Shown: positions 1-6,854 of the stretch, in pieces | Layout of the letters: each line of letters begins with the position of its first letter | How positions within the stretch are numbered: position 1 is the first letter of the stretch | Source: Bradymonadia bacterium | Lineage (GTDB): Bacteria > Myxococcota_A > Bradymonadia > UBA7976 > UBA1532 | Reading direction: 5' to 3' | DNA: 12,901 nucleotides | Assembly: GCA_051276005.1 (NCBI GenBank) | Contig: JBNMOZ010000092.1 | Span: 1-12,901, forward strand | The notes under the pieces: generated by a model | Told to the model about the DNA's origin: nothing | The model's database searches: none | What the model saw: the letters and a program-made list of their open reading frames with translations, nothing else | Program-made: the position numbers and the translations under genes

Positions 1-3000
1 CAGCACGTCGATGAACCGACTCGGCTCACCCGCCACCCGAGCGTTGGCCCGCTCTTGCTCGCCGATCGCGCGCATCGGCCAGCGCTTCACCCGCCGGTTC
101 CACTGCTGCACGGCCTCACGATCGTCGGGCAGCGCCGCGTCGAACGCGATGAGCAGCCGGGCCACCTCGTATGCGGCATCGTCGCGACCCAAGCGCGTGA
201 GCAAGGCCCGCATCGCGCGCAGGTTGAGAGTGTCGAACGGGCGCTGCAACGCCAGCCAACGACGGCTCGCGAGCGCTGAGCGCTGATGATCAGGGTATCG
301 CTCGGCGAGCGCCGCGTGTGCCGCCCGCAAGTCGGCGTCACCGGCGGCCGCCGCGATGGCCTGCTCGAGCACCGCGACGGCGTCGTCGGGGTTGCCCCCC
401 GCGGGCACGAGGCTCTCGCTCAGAATGCGGCGCAGGCGATTGGCAGCCGGGGCCCGGTTCGCGATGCGCTGAATGGCCCCGCCGAGCACCGTGACCAGCT
501 GGTCGGCCGCGCCTTGCTGCACACAGAGCGTCGCGAAGCGCGTGGCCGCGTCTTCGGCGTCGGGCACCACGTCGATGACTTCGGCGAGCAGCGCGGTGGC
601 GCTCTGAAGTCGGCCGGCGTTGACCTCGATGAGCGCGATCTGCTGCTTGAAGCCAGCGCTCTGCGCCGGCTCGGTCGCGCGCTCGACCGCTTTGAGGTAG
701 ACCCGATGGGCCTGATCCGTCGCGCCCAGCGCCAGGTAAATGCGGGCCAGGCGTGGCAACGCGCTGACCTCGTCGGGGTGCTCATCGAGGATGATCTCAA
801 GGCACTCCCCCGCCCTCTCCAGATCGCCCAGCTTCTCCTCGTAGATCGTCGCGAGGCGGTACACCACCGCGCGCCGCAGGTCGGTGTCTTCGGAGACGCC
901 GCAGAGCGTGGCGTACACGTCAGCCGCGGCGCGCCATGCCCCGGTCTCGACCAGCAAATCGCCGAGGCGCTGCAAGATGAGCGGGGACGGCGAGGCATCC
1001 AGGGCGATGGCCCGCGACAGCAACTCGACCGCGCCTTCAAAGTCGTGTAGTCGCCGGGCGCGCACATCGACCGTCTCGATGATCTGCGCCGCGCGCTCCG
1101 CCTCATCGGTGATGGAGAAGGCGCGCTCCTCAAGGGCGTCAGCGAGGACGTCCCACCGCCCATCCCGCTCGCAGCGTCGCTTGACCGCGCTGAGCGCCGC
1201 CTCGTCATCGGGGTTGCGCGCCAACGCCTCCAGGTACACCGCCAGCGCGCCTTCGGCGTCCTCTTCCTCACGCGTGATGCCGGCGCCGACCAACAGCGTT
1301 GCCGCCGTGCGCGGGTCGAGGCTGCGTCGGCTCTCGTCTTCGGCGAGCCGCAGCACGCGCTTGCGATCGCCCAGCTTCTCATAGATTTCTCGCAGCGCGC
1401 GCATGGCCACGACCGCGTCGGGATCGAGCTGCAGCACCGCTTCGTAGCACCCCGCCGCCTCGGACAGCTGGCCGGCCCGCCGCAAGACCTCGGCCGCGTG
1501 GCTGAGCACGGTCTGGCGCTCGTTGGGCGCCTCACACATATCGAGCCGGCGCTGCAACACCATCGCGAGGCGTTCGACGTCGCCGTGCCGCGCCGCATAT
1601 TGCTCAACCCAGACGACCGCCTCGACCCGGTCGGGCGCGCACGCCAACGCGGCCAGATAGTCGGCCAGCGCAGCGTCGTCAGCGTTGAGGTGGTGCGCGA
1701 AGACGCGGGCGCGCCGGCATAAAATATCGGCGCGCGAGGCCGGCGCCTGCACGACCTTGAGCAGCTGCCCATAGATGTCGGCCAGGTCTTGGCTGCGCGC
1801 TTGCTGCATATACAGGCGCTCGAGGGTCAACAACGCGGTGATGTTCTGCGGATCGAGCCGCAGCACAAGCTCGAGCGCATCGACAGCCGTCACGAACGCG
1901 ACCAGATGCATCTCGCTGATGCGGGCGACCTCGAGCCAATGCTCGACCGCTTCGCTGGGCGTGGTCGCGGCCTCGGCGAGCTGCCGGTGGGTCGTCGCGA
2001 GCGCTTCGTAGTCTTCAGCCTCGGTCTGCGTGTCGATCAGGCCCTGCAACGCGCGGCGAAAGTCGGGCTGCTCGACCAGCGCTCGGCGCCAGGCGTCAGC
2101 GGCGATGTCGGGCCGCGCGAGTCGCTCCGCGTTGAGGCGCCCGAGCCGATCCAGCAGCGTCGCGCGGGCATGCGCGTCGGGCACCTGATCCACCTCGGCT
2201 GAGATCATGCGCGCCTCGCCGCGCGCATCGCCGCATTGCGAATAGAGCCGCTGGAGCGCGCGAATCGATGGCAAATGCGTCGCGTCGGTCTTCAGCGCCG
2301 ATTCATACGCGATGATGGCGCCCGCGACGTCTTCAAGCTGATCGCTGCGCAGCTCACCGAGCTTGGACCAAATCGCGACCTGCTCTCGCGGCGACGTCGT
2401 CAGCGCGACTTCGGCCAAGTACAGATCGGCCAGCTCGCTCCACCGCCGCATGCGCCGCGCGATGCGACCCATCGCCTGCAACGCCGGCAGAAAGTGAGGC
2501 TCCAACGCGATCGCGCGCTCGAGATAACTGCGCGCCCGCTCCAATTGACCCAACGCCCGCTCCGCGATCTCGGCGCTGCGCACGAGCAGGTGCAGGCGAC
2601 CGCGGGTGCCGTCCAGCAGCGCGAGCTCTTGCTCGTTCGCATCGAGCAGTGGCTCCCAAAGCCCCAAGCGCGCGCACAGCCGCGCCATGTTGCGGACGGC
2701 GTCGAGGTTCTTGGGATCGAGGCTGATGACACGCCGCCAGGTCGCCAGCGCCCGCTGGGGATCGTCGAGGTTGAGCGCGGCGACCTCGGCGACCCGCGAC
2801 AGCACATACACCGCGCCCTCGACGTCGTCGGCGCGATCTGCCTCGCCCTCAAGCAGGTCGACGTACCCTTCCCAGTCGCCCAGACGAATCAACATGCGCG
2901 CCAGGGCCTTGCCGGCCTGTTTGAAGTCGGGATCATGATCGACCGCGCAGCGGTAGGCGGCCCCCGCGGCCCCGGGATCGTTGCGCTGCAGCTCGTGGAC

Positions 3001-4302
3001 TTCACCAATCTTGAAGTAGCGCGCCGCCCGGGCTTGCGGGTCGGTCATCGCCATGAGCTCGGCCGTGTGCAGCGCCACGACGCCGCCCCAATCGCCGCGT
3101 TCGTCAAGCAGGCGGCCGAGCATACGCACAGCAGGTGCCCAGGTGGGCGCGTCGGCGAGCAGCGCGCGCAATGCCCGCGTCGCGCCATCCTCGTCGCCCA
3201 TCTTCTCCAGGCGAATTTGCGCGAGGTGCCAAAGCAGGTCGACCCGCACTGCGGCGTCGGTCACGATCGTCGCCAGGCGCGCGAGGCCCTCAGCGGCGGC
3301 GAGCCATTGCCCGTTGCGGGTGCGCAGCTCGACCAGCAGCTCGAGGGCCATCGGCGCGCGGGCGTCTGCGAGGATCGCCTCTTCGAGCAGCGCCAACGCC
3401 CCCACGACGTCGTCGAGTTGGTCGGCGCATGTGCGCGCGAGGTCGGTCAGCAGGTGCGCCTTGGCCGGCGGCGGCAGCGTGGCCGCCAACGCCGCTGACA
3501 CTTCGATGTACTCGGGCCAGGCGCCTCGCGCGCGATGAATCCGGCTGAGCAACGCCAGCGCCTCGGCTTGAGCGGGCCGCTCGGCGACCAGGGCGTCCAA
3601 GACCTGCTGGGCGCCAGACAGGTCGTCGCTGGCCAACAGCGTTTGGGCGGCGGCGAGCGTCAGACCGTCTGCCAGCAGCGGCTCCGGCTCATGACGCGCG
3701 GCCTGGGGGAGCGCAGCGCTGGCCACGTCGGGTGCATCGGCGATCGCCGCGAGCTGCGCGACGCCCCGGGCGATGTCGGGATCATCGGGCCGCAACTCAA
3801 GCGCCCGACGCGCCGCCGCCAACGCCTCGGCCGGTCGCCCGAAACGCACCAGCAGGATGTCGGCCTGATGCACGAGCAGCAGGGCTCGGCGCTCGATCGA
3901 TGGGTGCACGCCCCCTTCGACCTCGGCCAGCCGAATGACCATGCCCCACCGGCCCGCCCGCGCGAAGACGCGCTGCCCGGCCTGCAAGGTTGGCAGGTGC
4001 GTTGGATCAGACAGGTAGGCGCGCTGATAGAAGCGAATCGCGTGGCGATCGTCGCCGAGGACTTGCTCGTGGATGTATCCGATTTCGTAGGCCAGCATCG
4101 CGCGGCGTCGCGGATCAAGGCTCGCCTCGATCTCACGCTCATAGGTCGACAGCGTCTCGGCGACCTGGACGCGGCGCTCTGGCGAGAGCGGCGCTTGCTC
4201 CAGGCTGCGCGGCGCGACCGTCGGCACTTCAGCGCGCGCTCGCGCGCCATCAGGGTCGGTCGCGAACCAGCCGTCTACATCATCGGGGGGGTCGGTCGCC
4301 AT
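1..4302 (-). CDS. Giant TPR/helical-repeat protein. N-terminus is complete; the 3' end runs off the left edge (1434 codons in the window).
   Basis: I read every codon of the minus-strand frame occupying 1-3, 4-6 and so on. There is no tta/cta/tca triplet in that phase from the ATG (4302-4300) down to position 1. An in-frame TAG lies at 4389-4387, with no ATG/GTG/TTG between it and the ATG. The ORF is absent from the track only because it has no stop codon in the window. Third positions are almost all G/C. The translation starts MATDPPDDVDGWFATDPDG..., has no signal peptide and appears all-helical. It carries at least a dozen TPR-pair signatures, for example ALATWRRVISLDPKNLDAVRNMARLCARLGLW, ARSYLERAIALEPHFLPALQAMGRIARRMRRW and AAGCYEAVLQLDPDAVVAMRALREIYEKLGD. 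Confidence 0.88.
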   Translation of the reverse strand, partial: MATDPPDDVDGWFATDPDGARARAEVPTVAPRSLEQAPLSPERRVQVAETLSTYEREIEASLDPRRRAMLAYEIGYIHEQVLGDDRHAIRFYQRAYLSDPTHLPTLQAGQRVFARAGRWGMVIRLAEVEGGVHPSIERRALLLVHQADILLVRFGRPAEALAAARRALELRPDDPDIARGVAQLAAIADAPDVASAALPQAARHEPEPLLADGLTLAAAQTLLASDDLSGAQQVLDALVAERPAQAEALALLSRIHRARGAWPEYIEVSAALAATLPPPAKAHLLTDLARTCADQLDDVVGALALLEEAILADARAPMALELLVELRTRNGQWLAAAEGLARLATIVTDAAVRVDLLWHLAQIRLEKMGDEDGATRALRALLADAPTWAPAVRMLGRLLDERGDWGGVVALHTAELMAMTDPQARAARYFKIGEVHELQRNDPGAAGAAYRCAVDHDPDFKQAGKALARMLIRLGDWEGYVDLLEGEADRADDVEGAVYVLSRVAEVAALNLDDPQRALATWRRVISLDPKNLDAVRNMARLCARLGLWEPLLDANEQELALLDGTRGRLHLLVRSAEIAERALGQLERARSYLERAIALEPHFLPALQAMGRIARRMRRWSELADLYLAEVALTTSPREQVAIWSKLGELRSDQLEDVAGAIIAYESALKTDATHLPSIRALQRLYSQCGDARGEARMISAEVDQVPDAHARATLLDRLGRLNAERLARPDIAADAWRRALVEQPDFRRALQGLIDTQTEAEDYEALATTHRQLAEAATTPSEAVEHWLEVARISEMHLVAFVTAVDALELVLRLDPQNITALLTLERLYMQQARSQDLADIYGQLLKVVQAPASRADILCRRARVFAHHLNADDAALADYLAALACAPDRVEAVVWVEQYAARHGDVERLAMVLQRRLDMCEAPNERQTVLSHAAEVLRRAGQLSEAAGCYEAVLQLDPDAVVAMRALREIYEKLGDRKRVLRLAEDESRRSLDPRTAATLLVGAGITREEEDAEGALAVYLEALARNPDDEAALSAVKRRCERDGRWDVLADALEERAFSITDEAERAAQIIETVDVRARRLHDFEGAVELLSRAIALDASPSPLILQRLGDLLVETGAWRAAADVYATLCGVSEDTDLRRAVVYRLATIYEEKLGDLERAGECLEIILDEHPDEVSALPRLARIYLALGATDQAHRVYLKAVERATEPAQSAGFKQQIALIEVNAGRLQSATALLAEVIDVVPDAEDAATRFATLCVQQGAADQLVTVLGGAIQRIANRAPAANRLRRILSESLVPAGGNPDDAVAVLEQAIAAAAGDADLRAAHAALAERYPDHQRSALASRRWLALQRPFDTLNLRAMRALLTRLGRDDAAYEVARLLIAFDAALPDDREAVQQWNRRVKRWPMRAIGEQERANARVAGEPSRFIDVL

Positions 4303-4420
4303 ATCGTCAGAGCGCGCTTGTTGCGCAGATCCGCACTCCTGCCAGTCATTCGTCGGCGTGCCAATTTTGGCGGCTCGCCAATGACGCTAATCGTTTCAGG
4401 GGATAGCGTACAGGCGACTT

Positions 4421-4452
4421 CTAAAACAACCTCAACCCGGCCTCGGCGGCCG
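4421..4452 (-). terminator. Possible weak intrinsic terminator after the peptidase gene
   Basis: On the minus strand, 9 nt after the stop codon (4463-4461), CGGCC-GCCGA-GGCCG forms a 5-bp all-GC stem with a 5-nt loop (4452-4438). It is followed by GGTTGAGGTTGTTTTAG. The T-run is interrupted and not adjacent to the stem. Confidence 0.25.
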
Positions 4453-4460
4453 AGCAGGCG

Positions 4461-5396
4461 TCAGACGCCGGGTGGCGGGCGGACGATGATGTCTTCTTCC
4501 AACGGGATCTCGTCGTCATGGGCCATGCGCGCCATCTTCTGGCGTCTCTCGCGCCGCTTGCGACGCCAGGCGCTCACCAGCAAGAAGCCACCAAAGCCCC
4601 ACAGCGCGGTGGTGCCGAAGAGGATCGGTACCCAGCCCCAGCGCGTCTCCAAGTTGCCCCGCCAGTCGCCCTCGATGCTCGCCAGCGACTTGCCGTACGC
4701 CTGGGTGACTGCCGCGTCGAGGGTCGCGCCTTCGCCCACGGACTTGAGCATCGCGCCGAACGCACGCTCATCGCCCTGGCTCATCAAGTGGCCGACGAAG
4801 TTGACCGACTGCGCGTAGGCGATGCCCACCCGCTCGCCCGCCTTGGGAAACCCCCGGGCCAGATCGTCGAGCGGCAGCAGGTTGCCCAGCGTCGCCGCCT
4901 GGGTCAGCAACCACGCGCGCTCAAGCGAGATGCCTTCGGATTGCCGGATCGCGACCCCCTCGTAGAACCAAAGCGGCAGCCGCCCAGGCGGGGCGATGCG
5001 GCCGACCGCGATATGACTGATCTCATGACGAAACGTCTCGTCGAGCTTGTCGGGCCCGCTGCCGACGTGCAGATAGATCTCGCGCGACTGCGGGTACGCC
5101 AACCCATCAGCCCAGCGCGGCGGCGCGCGACCGTGCCGGGCCTCGGCCAGCTCGAGCATGTCGTCTTCATCGCCAAACAGGCTCACCCGCGTGCGGCGAG
5201 CGTCGGCCGTGACCCCCAGCTCCTCGTAGATTCGGTCGTGGTGGGCCTCAGCCTTCTCCATCAGCGCCCGCGCATAGCCGTCCAGCCCACGCGTCCATTC
5301 GAACGCGTAATGCTCGGTGCGGCCCTCGGTGAAGGTGGGCTTGGCACCCGCCGGCGCAAAGAATACGACGAGGATCAGGAGGATGCGGCGCAGCAA
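4461..5396 (-). CDS. Membrane-anchored zinc metallopeptidase, MA (gluzincin) clan, Peptidase_MA_2-like
   Basis: 311-aa ORF with an N-terminal signal peptide (LRRILLILVVFFAPAGA). The HEISH motif is followed by a Glu 18 residues after the second His (WFYEGVA), giving the HExxH...E pattern. A C-terminal TM helix (WGWVPILFGTTALWGFGGFLLVSAW) precedes a charged tail (RRKRRERRQKMARMAHDDEIPLEEDIIVRPPPGV). The start is TTG at 5396, the only start upstream of the signal peptide, with GGAG 9 nt upstream. Confidence 0.85.
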   Translation of the reverse strand: MLRRILLILVVFFAPAGAKPTFTEGRTEHYAFEWTRGLDGYARALMEKAEAHHDRIYEELGVTADARRTRVSLFGDEDDMLELAEARHGRAPPRWADGLAYPQSREIYLHVGSGPDKLDETFRHEISHIAVGRIAPPGRLPLWFYEGVAIRQSEGISLERAWLLTQAATLGNLLPLDDLARGFPKAGERVGIAYAQSVNFVGHLMSQGDERAFGAMLKSVGEGATLDAAVTQAYGKSLASIEGDWRGNLETRWGWVPILFGTTALWGFGGFLLVSAWRRKRRERRQKMARMAHDDEIPLEEDIIVRPPPGV

Positions 5397-5399
5397 CGG

Positions 5400-6011
5400 C
5401 TACTGCTCCGCCGGCGGGGTGCTGGTGCGCGCGACGCGCTCCTGGCGCCGGCGACCGCTGGTGACAGACACCTCGGCCGCGCGCTCCTGGCGTCGGCGGC
5501 TGCTCGCCTCGGCGGCGCGCTGTGCTTGAACTCGCGCTTCAGACGCGCGCGCCGCCTCACGGTCGAGGTCTTCATGGGTCTCAACCAGCCGCCGATGCGA
5601 CTCCAGGATGCCGCTGAGTTCGCCCAGCAGGCGCGCCTTCTGGCGGCGCAGCACCTGGTACTGCTCGGTCAGCTGCATCACCCGCTCCTGGCTCGAGGCG
5701 ATGATCTTGTCAGCGTGCAGCTCGGCCTCGGCGCGGATCAACTCGGCCTCCTTACGGGCCGACACCTTGATCTCTTCGGTCATGCGACCGGCGGCGACCA
5801 GCGCCTCGCGCAGCTGCGATTCGTTCTGGCGATACTCTTTGAGGCTCTCGTCGCGTCCGCGCAGCTCCTCTTGCAGGTGCGTGTTCTCGCGGATCACATC
5901 CTCGAGCTCGCGCGAGACCTGCCCGAGGAACGTATAGACCTCGTTGGGATCGCACCCGCGCAGCACGAGGCGAAATTGGCGTTGGTCGACATCGAGCGGC
6001 GTGATGCTCAC
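5400..6011 (-). CDS. divIVA: DivIVA-domain cell-division/polarity protein
   Basis: The N-terminus MSITPLDVDQRQFRLVLRGCDPNEVYTFLGQV fits the canonical DivIVA N-terminal pattern (PLTP.D...F....RGYD..EV..FL..V). A long coiled-coil-type Glu/Arg/Leu-rich segment follows. The start is GTG at 6011 with GGAGG just upstream, overlapping the proC stop as GTGA. Confidence 0.9.
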   Translation of the reverse strand: MSITPLDVDQRQFRLVLRGCDPNEVYTFLGQVSRELEDVIRENTHLQEELRGRDESLKEYRQNESQLREALVAAGRMTEEIKVSARKEAELIRAEAELHADKIIASSQERVMQLTEQYQVLRRQKARLLGELSGILESHRRLVETHEDLDREAARASEARVQAQRAAEASSRRRQERAAEVSVTSGRRRQERVARTSTPPAEQ

Positions 6012-6844
6012 GCGTCCTCCAGTGCTTTGGCCGGTTGTTCCGCCAGTGCTTTTGATTGGGCAGTGGCCGCCCAGATCGCTTCGATCAGGGCCGAGCGCAT
6101 GCCCCCGGCTTCCAAGGCGCGCAGCCCTTGGATTGTGGTGCCGCCGGGAGATGCCACAGCGTCCTTCAAGGTCGCTGGATGCGCCCCATCCTGAGCGAGC
6201 GCGGCGGCGCCAGCCATCGTATGTGCGGCCAAAACGAGCGCCTTCGCACGCGGCATTCCGGCCGCGACCGCCCCGTCGGCGAGGGCCTCAAGGGCGACGA
6301 ACAAGAACGCCGGCGCGCTGCCAACCAGGGCGGTCCCCACATGAAAGAGGCGCTCGTCATCGAGCACCTCGGCGTGGCCGAGGGCGTCGAACAGCTTGGC
6401 GATCCGCGCGACGTCGGTCGCCTCGCCCGCACCATGCACCAGGGTCGCGCTGGCCCTGAGCCGCGCCGCGATATTGGGCATGACGCGCACCACCCGCGCC
6501 GGCGCGAGCGCCTCGACGAGCGTCGCCCGCTGCACGCCCGCGCAGACCGAGATGACGATTTGGTCGGGCCGGAAGGCCAGCGTATCGGTCGCCACCCGAA
6601 TCAGATGGGGTTTGACGGCAAGCACGACGATGTCGCAGCCCGCGACGACGGCGTCGGCAGAGGCCGCCGTCACGCCAAAGCGCGCCGCGACCGCGTCGCC
6701 GATCTTGGGATCGGCGATCTGCACCTGGCCCGGCGCGATGGCAGCGGCGTCGAGCCACCCACCCAAGAGCGCCTGGCCCAGCGCACCACAGCCGATGAAG
6801 CCCAGGGTCTGGCCCTTCACGGGGGTCTCGTCGTTCGGGTTCAT
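6008..6844 (-). CDS. proC: Pyrroline-5-carboxylate reductase
   Basis: Rossmann motif LGFIGCGALGQALLGG lies near the N-terminus. The C-terminal P5CR signature is ASPGGTTIQGLRALEAGGMRSALIEAIWAATAQSKAL. I prefer ATG 6844 (GAGGTG about 8 nt upstream, 10 nt after the upstream stop) over the track's start at 6898, which would overlap the previous gene by 44 nt. Confidence 0.92.
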   Translation of the reverse strand: MNPNDETPVKGQTLGFIGCGALGQALLGGWLDAAAIAPGQVQIADPKIGDAVAARFGVTAASADAVVAGCDIVVLAVKPHLIRVATDTLAFRPDQIVISVCAGVQRATLVEALAPARVVRVMPNIAARLRASATLVHGAGEATDVARIAKLFDALGHAEVLDDERLFHVGTALVGSAPAFLFVALEALADGAVAAGMPRAKALVLAAHTMAGAAALAQDGAHPATLKDAVASPGGTTIQGLRALEAGGMRSALIEAIWAATAQSKALAEQPAKALEDA

Positions 6845-6854
6845 CTGTGGCACC

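Noticed and set aside
420-1772. 450-aa minus-strand ORF from the track
   Set aside because: It is on the same strand as the TPR gene but in a different frame. The product (MGSCSRSCRRRPRAPIFYAG...) is low-complexity Arg/Ser/Cys/Pro, typical of an off-frame read of high-GC coding DNA.
2236-3498. 420-aa plus-strand ORF from the track. The same judgement applies to 286-1050 (+) and 3535-4818 (+).
   Set aside because: These are antisense shadows of the 1-4302 minus-strand TPR gene. Their translations are Arg/Gln/Gly/His-rich with no domain signature. The opposite strand has a stop-free frame with a G/C-dominated third position and clear TPR periodicity. ORF 3535-4818 would also have to span a real intergenic spacer and the antisense of the peptidase gene.
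4346-4364. Sigma-54-like -24 element TTGGCACG on the minus strand upstream of the TPR gene
   Set aside because: The -24 half is perfect. However, the position 10 nt after the GG reads AA, not the obligatory GC of the -12 element (TTGC). A second TGGCAG nearby also lacks a correctly spaced GC.
4518-6194. 558-aa plus-strand ORF, the second-longest in the track
   Set aside because: It is antisense to three well-supported minus-strand genes (the peptidase, divIVA and the end of proC). It has no recognisable motifs and an Arg/Ala/Leu/Gln-biased composition.
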